Assembly (NCBI GenBank): GCA_963514005.1 | Contig: OY740817.1 | Location: 7,936,001-8,000,000 of the forward strand | Direction of reading: 5' to 3' | From: Raja brachyura | Taxonomy: Eukaryota | DNA length: 64,000 nt | Shown here: piece after piece, positions 25,840-38,976 of the stretch | How the letters are laid out: the number at the start of each line of letters is the position of its first letter | How positions within the stretch are numbered: position 1 is the first letter of the stretch | The notes under the pieces: model-generated | Told to the model about the DNA's origin: nothing | Seen by the model: the letters and a program-made list of their open reading frames with translations, nothing else | The model's database searches: none | Position numbers and translations under genes: made by a program

Positions 25840-27810
25840 AAAGACAGAAAATGCTGGAGAAAATCAGCGGGTCAGACAGCATCCCTGGACAACATGGTTG
25901 GGTGCAGTTTTGGGTCAGGATCCTTCTTTAGACTGATTGCAGGGGTAGCGATGGCAAGCATGGCAAGTCATAGGAAGGTGGTGGTGGACAAAGCATTGTA
26001 GGTCATAGGTGAATACATGCATGGGAGGGTTGTTTGATGGTTGGACAAGTACTAGAGATGAACACGCATCAGGTGCGAATTGTCTAGGAATTTGATTTCA
26101 TTACTTGTCATTCGAACCTCAGAGAGGCTCGAACGAAACTCCGTTTCTACAAGCCATACAAACAGAACAATTCATAAAAAAAACACACAATTCAAATCAC
26201 ACAAACATCCATCACAGTGAATCTCCTCCTCACTGTGATGGAAGGCAAAGTCTTCTCTCTCCCCTGCACCAATTCTCTCCCGAGGTCGAAGCCCCAGGCG
26301 GGCGGTATTAAGTCCCATGGCAATTGAGGCCGTGCCGGCTGATGTACGGCCCCGCTCTAGTCCCAAAAGTCATAACGTTGGAGCCCCCGGCGGCCGCTGG
26401 AATGTCCCGCATTAGAGCCGCGCCGGGCGATGTATGACCCCACTCCGGGTCGCTCCAACCCCGCGACACGGGCTGGAGAAGCTGTGTTGCGGGAGCTCCG
26501 GAGAGCGGTCTCCTACCCGGACCCACGAGCTCCCGATATCCCGACAGTCCACCAGTCTGCAGCTGGAGCTGGAGCTCCGGGGTCGTGCCGCAGCGGCGAG
26601 CCACCACCGCTCCCCACGCTCCGAGGCCAGCCAGCCCCACGACTGGAGCCCCCAGGTCGTCCCGATCGGAGGCCGCTCCACGGTGCTAGGCCCCAACGAC
26701 AACGGAGACCCGACAGGGAAAAGGTCGGGTCTCCCGTGCAGGGAAGAGATTTTAAAGTTTCCCCCTCCCCCCCCACCCCACCCCCACATATACACCATTA
26801 GAGACAATACAAAAAAAAACACGAACAACTACATTCAACTAGACAAAATTAAAAAAAAAAGACAGACAGGCTGTAGGGGCCGCTGCATCGTGAGTCGCGC
26901 CCACAAACAATTCCAGTTGGTGGGGTGGTGCGGGGAGAGATAGGTGCAAGGTCAGACAGAGCTCAGTTGGGGGGGAGCCAAAAGAAAGAAGGGGTGGTGT
27001 TTATGGGGGAGAAAGGGGATGGGGTTGTTTTGTAGAGGGTACCCAAAATTGGAGAATTCATTGTTTGTATCGATGGGTTGTAAGCTACCCAACTGGAATA
27101 TGAAGTGCTGTTCCTCCAGTTTGCATGTGGCCTCATTCTGGCTATGGAGGAGGCCAAGGTCGGTATGGGATGGGAATTATAATGGTTAGCAATCGGTAGC
27201 TCCTGCCTGCCTTGGCAGACCAAGCGCAAATGTTCGGCGAAATGGTTGCCGAGTCTACGCTTGGTCTCGCTGATGTACAGGGGGGGCCTTATCGGGGACA
27301 TAAAATGCAGTAGATGAGGTTGGAGGAGGTAAACGTGGACCACTGTCGCTGGAAGGGCTGTCAGAGTCCCTGAATGGATGCGGAGGAGGACGTATAGGGA
27401 CAAGTGTTGTATCTCCTGCGGTTGTAGGGGAAATTACTCAGAGTAGGAGTAATTTGGATGGGAAGGATGAATGAACTAAGGAGTTGGGGAAAGAGCAGTC
27501 TCTGCCGAAGGCAGAAAGGGTGGAGATGGGAAGATCTGATGGGTGATGGGATCACATTGGAGGTGCCGGAAATGTCGGTGGATGATGTGTTGGATGCGGA
27601 GGCTGGTGGGGTGAAAGATAAGGACCAGGGAACAGCATTTTTGTTGCTTCTGATGGGAGGGGGAGCGAGAGCAGAGCTACGGAACACAGAAGAGACATGG
27701 GTGAGGGATCCATCCATGACAGATGGGGGGAAATCACGTTTTCCATAGAAAGAGGACATCAGAGATGATGCTTTTTGAATTGAAAGCCTCATCTTGGGTG
27801 TAGACATGTC
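25840..27810 (-). mobile_element. Penelope-like element fragment (RT C-terminus + GIY-YIG), split by a GC-rich insertion
   Basis: Minus-strand ORFs with MSSFYGKRDFPPSV and LYISETKRRLGNHFAEHLRLV; pLTR remnant at 25840-25935. Confidence 0.8.
26095..26902 (-). mobile_element. Unclassified GC/CpG-rich non-autonomous element with Rex1-like 3' tail
   Basis: Abrupt GC-rich block inside the Penelope copy; minus-strand end gagtttcgt-hairpin-tgacaagtaa resembles the tail at 24382-24418. Confidence 0.55.
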
Positions 27811-28589
27811 AGAGACAAAAAGGCCAATGAACACGGGAACTTGAAAGGAATACTGAATGATCAGCGGGTTAATAGAAGGGAGCAGAAGATAAGGAGGTTG
27901 GATGGGAAACTAAAGAAAAATATAAATTCTAAGCCTGGGCTAGGGAAGGAACATTCTTTCATCCAGCAGGTTAGGAGAAAAGAGGGAAGCCATGGAGACA
28001 GTGGGCAGAGTTAAAAAGAAACTCATGACTATTAGAAATCTGAATGTTAGCCGTGAATATAAATTATTCTGAGCAAAGCTTCCGATCGTCATTTGCGATG
28101 CAGCAATTTAACACATCAATATTTGGAAAACCAAAGCTACATGACGGTTTTGCTGTGTAGTGGTGATACCCTAGTTTGACACCTAGCTAAATTCTAGTTA
28201 CTATGTTAAAAAGAACAGTTGCATGTGACAGAGTGCAAAGATGATTCCACGGGTGAAGGGAACTGAGGAAAGATAAGAATAGCTTGAATTGAAAAAAGGG
28301 GGTTGTTAAATTTTATCTTATCATGGCATTGATTATACTGGTGCATTACCAGGTTAGACCAGAAATATTTAAATAACCAAGTTGCATAGAACTGGTGGAC
28401 CTTGCTTTACATCAGGGAAAATACCAAAAAGAGTTTTGCTACTGTTTGAACAACAACATGGCAATTGAGACTCTTGTGGATGCAGAGCATTAGGCGCTCA
28501 CCGCCGTGCATGTGGATCTTCTACTGCAGTAGATATCGGACATCATCCTGTAATTAATTTTAATATACGAGTTGAATCAGGGACAGACT

Positions 28590-29560
28590 TATAGAAATCA
28601 TAGTACACCCTGGCAGGGGGTGAGGGAGTACACCTTTTCCTCATCTTCCTTTTAGTGCTTTTTTAAAGGAAATCTATGCCTCTGATATTTGACCCTTTGC
28701 TAAGGGAAGAGGCCTTATTTATTTCCCCTCTTTTTTAATAAACCTCAATTGAGTTTTCCCTCAGCTTCCAAGAAGAACAACCCCAGCTCATCCAACCTTT
28801 CTTCTCAGTTGAATTATTCCAATTCCGGCCACATCCTTGTAAATCTCCGCACCCCCTCCTTTGCAATCACATGTATTCTGCAATATGATGACCAGAAGTG
28901 AGCCATCATGAAATCTGTGCTCTTTTTATTTTGTGTTTGGCTAATGAAGGAAAGTATCAAAATGCCTTTTCAACCATCCTATTGATTGGTCTTGCTTACT
29001 ATAAGGATCTCTATACTCTATGGTTGCTCTGTTCTTTCACACCACCACTCTGTGCCCTCGTATATTGTGCATTCTCTTGCTTTCTTGTCCCCAACACATT
29101 ACCTCGCACTTTTTTGAAATTACTTTTGCACTTTTTCTGCAGTTAATTTTATTATCATCCTCAAACTATTCATCGTGCTCCTATAATTACGTCTAAATCA
29201 TATGTATTACACAATTCAAGATTTCAGTACAAAATCCTGTGGAAGCCACTGGATTTGCTTCCAGAAACAAAAATACCCGTCAAGCATACTCTGACTCTTA
29301 CCAATGAGCCAATTTAGGATCCAATTTTCCATTTTCCCTTCAATCCCCCAGATTTTTAGTATTCTCACCTGCATGTAATGTAGGACTTGCTCAAATCCAT
29401 ATAGACCACATCAAACCTTCATCAACCCTTTTGTTATGACAAAAAATCCAATTGATCCTCAAACATTGAGTATGAACTTATTAATAATTTGTTAACATCC
29501 ATTATTAATGTACGCCTGTCCAAGTGAAGCTTTATATTATCCTTTAGAATAGATTCTAGT
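28590..29560 (-). mobile_element. Old decayed CR1-like LINE
   Basis: atagaaatcatag tail; remnants such as caaatccatatagaccacatc (VDVVYMDL) and tgaccagaa (FWS). Confidence 0.6.
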
Positions 29561-29599
29561 TATCTGCCACAACCAAAGTTAACTGTCTACCTCCAGAGT

Positions 29600-29822
29600 G
29601 AAATAGAGCAGGAAATAAAGACACCCACCATTGTTGGATGAATTACGGGTAATGATGAGTCAGTTGAGGAGGAAAATCGATCGTCTGATTGAGAATGGTG
29701 CCTTGCTCTCAATGTCATTCAGACCAAGGAACTGATTGTTAAGTTTAGAAACGGAAGTCCAAGGAAATCCACAAACCTTTTTTCATAGACAGGCAGGTGG
29801 TAAAGAGTCAACAACTACAGGT
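29600..29822 (+). mobile_element. Rex1-like RT fragment
   Basis: Remnant TIVG...NDES...LALNV..TKELIV. Confidence 0.5.
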
Positions 29823-29837
29823 TTACTTTACTATATG

Positions 29838-29985
29838 TTAGAGATACAGCGCAGAAACAGGCCCTTCGGCCCACAGAGACCGCACCGACACCTAACACTA
29901 TCCTACATACTATTTTACAATTTTATCAAAGCCAATTAACTGACAAACCTTCACGTCTTTGGAGTGTGGAAGGAAACCGGAGCAC
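29838..29985 (-). mobile_element. V-SINE 3' fragment
   Basis: aaacaggcccttcggcccac...gccaattaac...gtctttggagtgtgg, reverse complement of the 49830 copy. Confidence 0.7.
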
Positions 29986-30084
29986 ATGCCTTAATGTAAG
30001 TTATAGAACCCCCCCCCCCAAATTGTGAGGACCTAGCATTTTAGTGTTAATGAAGAACCCAAATTAGCTCAGTAAAAATAATTA

Positions 30085-30935
30085 GCATAAGAGAAATTAA
30101 TGGGACAGAGAGGTGATAAATCTCCATTATGAGGTGATTTACATTCTTGGGTTTTGAAGTGGCTATGGAGATAATGAATGAATTTAACCAAGATAATCAA
30201 AATCATCTTCCAAAATTCCAGATGTTTCAAAATGATTTCCATAGTTTGGAAGTTGCAAATATAATCAAGCTCCTTCAGAAAGGAGATAGAAGAATAAAAA
30301 GAGGACCATAGACCAAGTTAGCTGATATCAGAATGGAGGAAATGCTGGAATCTATTGCTAAGACGTGATAACAATATTTGTTTAAAGAAAGATGCTCACA
30401 ATAGGATTAGATTCATGATAGGAAAACCAAGACGTGATGGAAGTGACTGTAGTGACTGTTGCAGGGGCTCCAGCTGTTCACAATCTATATCAATGATTTG
30501 GATGAGGGGAACAAGTGCAAAACATGGAATTTTGCTGATGATACAAAACTAGGTAACAGTGTCTTGTGCCTGTGAAATAAGAGCAAACTATCAAATTGTC
30601 CTCTTTAGTACAAAAATATAGTATGGAGTTTGGTCTTTTGGGGGATAATGGACAAATAGGTGGCAGATGGAAAATATGTGTCAATTCACCTTGATGTAAG
30701 AGTGGAAAGATGGAACAAATTTTGAATGGTGAGAGATGCACGTGTCCCTTGTATGTGAATTGCAGAATACAGATACATACATGCAAGCAATAAGGAAGGC
30801 AGACAAATATTGGTCATTTTCTTAGTTAATTTGAGTGCAAGCATAGAAACATCACCTTGCTACAACTGTATAGACCCCATTTGGAATAATGGCCATACAT
30901 TACAGATCTCTGATAGATTAAGGATGTCTTGGATA
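30085..30935 (+). mobile_element. Old decayed CR1 LINE
   Basis: Remnants IYINDLDE, FADDTKL, LYRPHLE. Confidence 0.65.
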
Positions 30936-31089
30936 TGTTCAGTTCAAAATTTTTAATACTTGATTTGGGGAAACCTGTTGATTTCCTTACATCTGGGAAA
31001 ATAATGCTTGTAAAGTGGAATTACAGCCACATTTCTCAAGTACAGAAAATCACATCTGTGCCATTTCACCATTGCTGTCACCGTCTCTA

Positions 31090-31790
31090 TGAGAGATATG
31101 GCACTGTCCCACTGGATAATGTGGTGGGAGGCTGCAGCAACCTGCAGGGCAGCACATTAGCATCACTTGCCAGTCATCTTAAAGAGGCTGCACAATAATT
31201 CACTGCAATTTTAGGAAGATCCATATCCAATAGATATGGTTGTCTATTTACATCACCTCTTAGTGTAAGGAACTACAAACACCATTGTATTTTGCTTTTG
31301 TGGATCTCAACAATGCATTTGATACTTTGTACATGAGAAAACTCCCAGACACCAAAAAAGCTGGCCGTCCCCTAAAGCTTCTCGGTCTCATTCATTCCTT
31401 TCATGACAACATCCCTAACACTACAGTTTGATGATTTCATTTCTGATTGTTTTGAGATGAAAAATGGCGTGAAACACCTGTTTTTCTGCATTCTCGACTT
31501 GCATTGCATTCATGCTGATGGGAAAAGTATATATATTAATTAATAAATTATTTGTCTAATCAATAAATCTCACATGGAAGAATAACAAACTCACACTTAA
31601 GAATAAAAAGTTGATCTATAATTAGGCTAAAGAAGGATCCTGACTCAAAGGGTTGTCTGGTCTTTAACGTCTACATTCTTAGCATATTGCCATATGGTAG
31701 TGAAACATGGTTTACATGCTACTTACATGCTGAACACACTTCTCGACATCTGCGTCTTGTGCATCTTGTGCGTAGTGGTGGACACAGGGC
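31090..31790 (+). mobile_element. Highly decayed RTE-clade LINE fragment
   Basis: LYFAFVDLNNAFDT...LIHSFHDN...KNGVK...YGSETW remnants. Confidence 0.5.
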
Positions 31791-32479
31791 CGTGACGTGA
31801 ACGCTCTTTCCTTGTCCCCAGGCTGCTTTCTGACCTAAGGTCTAACATAACATTGGTGGACTTGCTATTGATTGCATAAGTCTCAAGCACACTCTGTTGA
31901 ACCTGTTATTTCCGGTGGCTTTAAAAGTTGTATCAGTTGCTCACCAGAATGTGACCAAACAGCTTGTGTGAACCGTGATGATAAAAGTTCGTAGGCAGCT
32001 CCTGTATTTGGTACTGTGTTCACTCACAGCTTTGGGATTGGTTGTCTCTGGTTCATTTAACCCAACAAGAGATAAGAGCACTTGTGTGTACCACAAATAT
32101 TGTGCATAATATTTTTCATTTGTTTGAATAAAGTTGCTGACCTAATAGGAAACTAATGTAAAATAGATTAATCTGTTGCAATGGTGTAGCTTGGAAGACC
32201 AACATCTGTCAGGCTCTTGAGCAAAACACAAAGTGCTGAAGTAATTCAGCGGGTCAGGCAGCATTTCTGAGGAAATGGATAGGCAACGTTTTGGGCCAGG
32301 ACCCATCTTAATTTGAAGGATGAGGGGGGATCCTGATGTCTCTGTACCTTTTGTGTCTGTCAGAATCTTGGTATTCCCATTTGTTTCCTGTGCCGTTTTT
32401 TTGGATACTCAATGTTGTGTTTGTTCAAACCAAGGCTTGATGTTGCCACCATTTAATAGTATTTGCATTTGATTTTCAG

Positions 32480-32533
32480 GCTGGAAACTGAGTCCTGTGG
32501 TTGGTGCTGTCTACAGTCCTGAATTTTATGCAG
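32480..32533 (+). CDS. RBFOX2: RBFOX2 54-nt exon ([17 protein letters not shown])
   Basis: ttttcag| acceptor, CAG|gtaaag donor, phase 1-1, frame continuous with neighbours. Confidence 0.95.
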
Positions 32534-33446
32534 GTAAAGTGTTTCATCAGCTTTCATCCACATATTGTAACAGTTTAAAGATAAACAATCTCAACCACGG
32601 TTCCATATTTCCTTACAACATTTCTATTTTGCAGTTTCTGTATTTGTCAATCAAATTATTCCAGTGAATCAATCTAAAACATTTTCTGAATTAAAAATTG
32701 AAAACATTTGAAAAATTTGCAACTAAGAAATAAATTATTTTGTTTCTCTTTTTGAGAAGTTGGTTTAATAATAATATTATTCATAATTAATGAGTAATGA
32801 TATGTAATAATGTTGTTTACATTTTTTGGAAGTGGATCTGTGGCACTGTCCCCTAGGTTGGGTTGCGGAGATCAGCACACTGAACCCAGGCTGAGAACTG
32901 CTGGTCTGCATGATTTACACTCGTACTAGAATTTGTAACTGAGTGTCTGGTAGCCCTGCAACATAAATAGGATTGATCTAGGAAAAATTGTGCTTGCTGC
33001 TGATATCAAAAGAACGTTTTTTGTTTTATCCAAAGATACTGTCTCAGTTACTCCACATTTTTGTGTCTATTTTCTGTTTTATTTTTTTCCCTTCTCTTTG
33101 ACTATTTCGTTCCAAAAAAATTATCTTATTTTTTGCGCCCGTAGAAATTGTTGCCCTCTTCCACAAAAGGAAACGTTTTTATATATACTGTGAATCTTTT
33201 AAATGGAGGAAGTAAAGTGATCACATTTCGGATGTGAAGAATAAAAAAAAATTCTGGTAGAATTAGGAAATCGATCATCTGAATTATTGAATGATCTATT
33301 TTTGTCTATGGAAGGATACATAAAACAGTGAATTCTTGGAAAAGAGCATACAAAATATCATCATAAAATATGCATATTATATATAATGCATTTTTGCTGC
33401 CAAAGAAAATAAATGTTAATGCTGTTTTTGACATTTTTTACATTAG

Positions 33447-33521
33447 GTCCAGCATCACTATCATCTTTACCCTTTCACCTACATCCTGTTGCGTCTACAG
33501 CACTCAGTCCAACACACAATG
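33447..33521 (+). CDS. Candidate 75-nt in-frame cassette exon (GPASLSSLPFHLHPVASTALSPTHN)
   Basis: tttttacattag| acceptor, ATG|gtaaga donor, 75 nt, phase 1-1, stop-free in the required frame; no homology recognised. Confidence 0.5.
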
Positions 33522-34876
33522 GTAAGACCAATTTTTAAATATTCTATTCAAATAATTTACCTTGTAATATAACAAATGAATGGTTCAGTGGTTTCATTAT
33601 TGTTATGTATGTATAACACAATGAAATTATTTTGCACAACCCACAAATGCACAGTCACCATATTTAAGTGCCATTTACAAAGAAAGTGGCTGGCTTCTGA
33701 GGTCCTAATGTGTCTCCAAATATCTCTTAATAAAATACAGGTTATTGTAGTTTGGCATATCCAATTTGGCTTGTCTTGTGAACTCTTCTATTCCTTCCAA
33801 TTCTACACTGTATGTTCATCCCCACACCCCTCAATTCAGTGCATGCTCCACCAAGAGGAATTTAATGGTTAGGGTTTGAAAATCACTTGATAATAGTCAT
33901 AGTTATACAGTGCGGAAACAGGCCCTTTGGTCCAACTTGCCCGCACCGGTCAACATATCGCAGGTACACTAGTCCCACCAGCTTGCGTTTGGCCCACATC
34001 CCTCCAAACATGGCCAGATTATTTTGTTTTGGAGGAGCTTAATAATGTGCTTTAATTTTGTGTATAATTGTGATATGGTGTGGCTGATGTAAAGTAAAGC
34101 TATTTGCACATTTATTTAATAGATTCCTACCATATTATCACAATATTACCATAGCACGGCAAATTGAAGCAGTTCAAAAGGGGACCAGCTAGTCTATTTG
34201 CCTCGGCCATGGGGTCATATCTACATGCCCCCATCCCAACCTATATCCAATCTCTCCCCTAGTTTCAAACTGGCTAGTTAATCACTTTTAGAAGCTAAGA
34301 GCCACAGAAAAATATCCATGAGTAAAATATGAGCAATCTCTCTTCAGCTCGTTAAGACTAGCAAACTTTCCATTGGGGATCTGTATTAGGACATAGCCCG
34401 TTTATATTGTCTGATTCATAAGCTCCTCAAGATTAGTTTTGATGTTTGTTGTGAGTCCGTAATTATTGCACATGCTGGCAGTTTTTTTTCATTGAATGCC
34501 TCTGAGGAGTGGACATAGGGAAGTGCGGAGGGGGGTGGGTAGAAACAGCCTTTGATATCGTCAGTGACATTACATTTGCTTCATTTCATTCTTACTCTTT
34601 AATAGCCAGAGAGAGAGAGAGAGATTTCTCAAAACAAAAGATGTAGAAGATCCGCCTCCATTGTATTGAATGGCAAAGCAGACTTGAAGAGCCAAATTGC
34701 TGCCTTCCACTTCTTCTATGCTGTGATTGCTTTTACACAGTTTTAATTGTTTAAATGATTTTTGATTGATATATGAGAGCCACAGTTGATGATGCATAGC
34801 TTGTTTTGTTTGTTATTTTGAACAAATGTTTGTGACAGTGATCTATGTCTCTCTCCTTCATTCTGCGCATCTTCAG

Positions 34877-35006
34877 TTCCTGGTTTCCCATATCAAGCAG
34901 CCACTACTGCAGCTGCACTGAGAGGAGCCCTGAGAGGACGAGGCCGTGCAGTCTACAGCGCATTCCGTGCAGCAGCACCTCCCACTGCTATCCCAACCTA
35001 CGGAGG
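34877..35006 (+). CDS. RBFOX2: RBFOX2 130-nt exon ([44 protein letters not shown])
   Basis: cttcag| acceptor, AGG|gtaagc donor, phase 1-2; Fox-1 C-terminal domain motifs VPGFPY and LRGRGR. Confidence 0.95.
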
Positions 35007-35814
35007 GTAAGCAGATGTATTTGGAATTGAATTAGAAATCTTTGCATGTAGATTCCAATGGGATAACTTTCACTATATCTAACATAATTACTCCCCTTTT
35101 CTTTGAATTCATTATATTGTACTTAATGTCACATCATACTGTATTGCTCTAGTCAGAACATAGCATGACCTCTAATTGACCCCTTTCCGCTCATTCCTGC
35201 TCACAGTGGAGAGTGAAAAAATCTGCTTCTTGTTTTGCTCTAAATTTTGTTTTTTTATAAGGAACATCTTAGATGCTCTACAAAATTCATGGTTTGGAGA
35301 TCATTCCACTGTACCACATGCCTGTCTTACTTGCCTGCTACACAAAATGTTCTTTCTGTACCTGACAGTCTATTGAGTAGGGAACAATTTAATTAGGTTA
35401 TAATACATGATACGTATTCAGCTAACTGTATAGATCAAACTATTATGGTTGCTTGTGATACATTGGTATGCCATTTGCTCATAATTAAGTGGATATATTG
35501 TATAATTAAACAATGTACTTTAGGTATAAAAATGGTTATAATCAGGTCCAGTATAATAGTTTGGTATTCTTAACTGAATAAAGGCAGGCATTCTTAATCA
35601 ACGTTATTGCAACTCCAATTTCACCTCTTATGCAAAAAGGAAACTTATGTGAATATTTTTTGTTACTGTTTTCATATTCTCTTTGCCAACCTTCATCCTA
35701 CATTTCATTATTTTGGCTGAATTGAACACCCCATTTATGTACTTTTATAAAATGAAAAAGATGTTGTTCCCTCCCACAAATATGCAACGGCTACCACACC
35801 TTTACTATAACAGT

Positions 35815-35957
35815 GGGTTACACAAAAAGCCTTGAAGGGTCTCGACCCGAAACATCGCCTATCTCCTTCGCTCCTTAGATGCTGCTGCACCCGCTGAGTT
35901 TCCCCAGCTTTTTGTGTAACCCTCGATTCTCCAGCATCTGCAGTTCCTTCTTTAACA
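35815..35957 (+). mobile_element. Short Penelope-derived insertion with 15-bp flanking direct repeat
   Basis: CTTTACTATAACAGT at 35800-35814 and 35958-35972; truncated hammerhead gaagggtctcgacccgaaac. Confidence 0.8.
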
Positions 35958-37149
35958 CTTTACTATAACAGTCATTACTTGGCAAATTAACTATGCCAAA
36001 TGTTGAGCTTATCAATTAAACTTTATTTGAGATGTTGTACAATATAGCTGATTGAGCTGACATCAGTCGCTTTTTCCCCCTTTCCACTGTGTGCCACATG
36101 GGGAATCTTCTGCCACGACACAAGTTCAAGTGCTTGGTATTTTATCCCTTCTCTGTTTATGAAGCCAGTTATAGCACTGGGTCTCCAATATTTTGTGCTG
36201 TGGTCAATACTCTCCATTCAGTGGGCTTCTGTTGTCAGAACCATTCGTTCACCCTAGATATTGCCACATAGTATGTCTCTTGCCCTGCATGGTTTCAAAG
36301 GCTCAAGCATGCTGAGTGGAATAAATGGTTGCTGCAATGTAAAACAGTGTGCAACCCATTACTTCAAATTACCTCGAGCAGGTGATCTGCCTCCCTATCA
36401 GTAAATGTCAAGAAATGGAGAAAAGGGCAGATGGAGAGAGAGAATATTTGTTTTAGAAGTTGGCAGCAAAGATCCTTGACCTACTGCAGAAGAATGTTTC
36501 TAATTTTCGTGTTTACCAAATATCTTCAACCACACTATTCTGAAAGTAATCTTTAACACAAGCATGTTTTAACCAATGTAGATTTTTAAGACTGCTTAAG
36601 GCATGTGAATAATTTATGTTGGCTAACAATGTCACTGATGGCTGAGAAGGAAGGTTTGTCTCAAGTAAAAGAGGAGCTCAGGAATATTGGATTTTTTTAA
36701 ATTGCTAGGTGCTGAATGTTGGGCTAGAGACTCTTAAATCAATGAAGTGCCTGTTTCCAAATAATGTACATTGTATTTTACCCCATACAAAAATCCTCAC
36801 CATAAGTGACTCTTAAGAACTCCTGACTCAAATTGCATTCACAATTGTTCTGAAATTGTAATTAATTTACTGAAACTAATCTGCATTTCTGAAATGTTGA
36901 GTCCATCATTAAGCAGGATACTGCTGAAGCTAGGAATTTTAATGTAGGGCAGTGTGCATCTCCTCAGTCAAATACCATTCAGTCCCATAATGCCAGCCTT
37001 TTTCTGCCATAAATATGTGGGCTTGTTCACCGCTTGTTAGAATAAGCCTCCATTGAAGTAGAGGTAAGGCATCCTGGTCCCTATGTTTATATAGGACGAA
37101 TAATAGACTTGCAGTCTCTCAGGCTTTTTCTGCTGTTCAACACCAAATT

Positions 37150-37665
37150 TTAACTTTGACTCTGGCCTATTTGCCTTAATTCCATATCCTTTAGTATTCT
37201 TAACACATTTTTCATGTTAACAAATTTATCAAAAACCTTTTAATTCCCTATGATCCAATATCCATCCACAACCTATACAGTGAAATTATTTTCAAGTTTT
37301 CACTACACTTTTTATGCACAGTCTGCTTCCAGATTTTGCTTTTATATGACCAGGCGCTAATTTTTTAATAATCTATTGGATCCTTATCATTTTAATCATT
37401 TATTTAATCACCCCATGTGTACTCATGGGAATATAATCCAGGTTATGCTGTTTAACCCAGAAACTCTCAGTGTCATTCTGGTAAACCTGAACTGCAGCCT
37501 TTCCAATATATCTTTTCTGAGATGGAATGCCAAAAGTTGAACATAGTACGCCGTATGAAAACTGACCTTTGTTCCACATAATCAAAGCATGGCTTCCACA
37601 TTGGATATTCAAGGCTTGAAATAAAGGCCAAGATTGCATTAGCTTTTTGATTATATTTGTGGTCC
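37150..37665 (-). mobile_element. Old decayed CR1 3' fragment
   Basis: Minus-strand remnants of the LEY-VQ-W region and 3' end. Confidence 0.5.
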
Positions 37666-38132
37666 TCTGCTAAACACTACAACCAATTCCCGTGTGACCT
37701 ACAAATGAGAATGGAAAGAAACCATCAAGAAAATCAAAAGCTGAATTAGTTGAATCTTCCTGCAAGTTTCAAATCCTTCTGATTCACGTGCTGTTCAATG
37801 CCAATTAGGTAACTCACTTAGCTGTAGAGTTTAAATGGTACTGAGTTGTGTTCTGTGGCCTGGGCCTCTTGACTGTACAATCATATACTTCAAACTAGCA
37901 GCCCAAAAATGGCAGCATGATGGTTCCCAGTATAAAGATTTAATGGGAAATGTAGCTTAAAAAGTATCCCATGCATATTTTGAAAGAAAGAAAATGCCTA
38001 ACCTTAAAGCTTTTGAAGATTTCCCGTGAGGATTCGCTATACCAGTGCAGTTCTTGTGACAAACCTTACCTGTATTAGCCCCTGCATGTTGGAATTGCAG
38101 TAATAAGAGTGTTTCTGTGTGCATCTCTGCAG

Positions 38133-38172
38133 TGTGGTTTACCAGGATGGATTTTATGGTGCCGATATTTAC
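38133..38172 (+). CDS. RBFOX2: RBFOX2 B40 exon (VVYQDGFYGADIY), brain/general mutually exclusive exon
   Basis: tctctgcag| acceptor, TAC|gtaagt donor, exactly 40 nt, phase 2-0. Confidence 0.95.
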
Positions 38173-38976
38173 GTAAGTATAAATATTATTTTACACTGTC
38201 TCCCTTCTGTTGATGAAGCCATTCTTTAAATCAGTATGCTAATACTTCCTCCAGCTGTGTGTTTTTCCATATCTGAGAGGTGTTAATTTCATGGTTTGAT
38301 CCAGTTACTTAAACTTAAAACAAGTCCCCTCAGTTTTGTACCCTGCTTAAGCTTCGTCAACTGTAAAGTTGTGCTCCTTTGCTAATAGTTGCAGTGTACA
38401 ATATTCTGAATCCTTTGAGCATTGCACACTAAAAGAATCAGAGTTTCATTTGGAATATCGTATACACTTCATTGCTTTTGTATTGAGTAAACTTGACCTT
38501 TGCTGCACTGGTTCTGATACTGCATGTAGGTTATAAGGAAACCCTTGATAAAAGTTGCTCAGGCTTACAGTATTGCTCACTAACTCTTTTGCTCTTTTTC
38601 ATTTCTACTTTTAATTATGCTGAAATCTATTGGAAAAACATTAGTCTGTCGAGTGTGCATTTGCCTTTGAAATCATATCCCTCACCTTTTGATCTATAAA
38701 TAGCAGCTGAAGTTGGCGAAATAAATGTTGTGACAGGTGCTCTGAGAGTAAATTTAACAAGTGTTCAACCTTTTCGATGTATGTAGTTGTGCAGCCTGTG
38801 ACGATCTCTTATTTAAAGACCAAGTGTTAAAAGTTTATCAGTTTAAAGCATCCTCCAATAATAGAATGGCTTTATCCAAGGAGGGTCTCTCTCTCTCACT
38901 CTCTCTCTCTCTCTCTTTGCGGTTGTTTTTTTTTTCCAGCCTCGTCGCCAATGTTCTTCCCTGTGTTTTATTATAG

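Noticed and set aside
26308-26943. Several overlapping 87-169 aa ORFs on both strands
   Set aside because: Expected from high GC content; low-complexity Arg/Pro/Gly peptides with no recognisable domain
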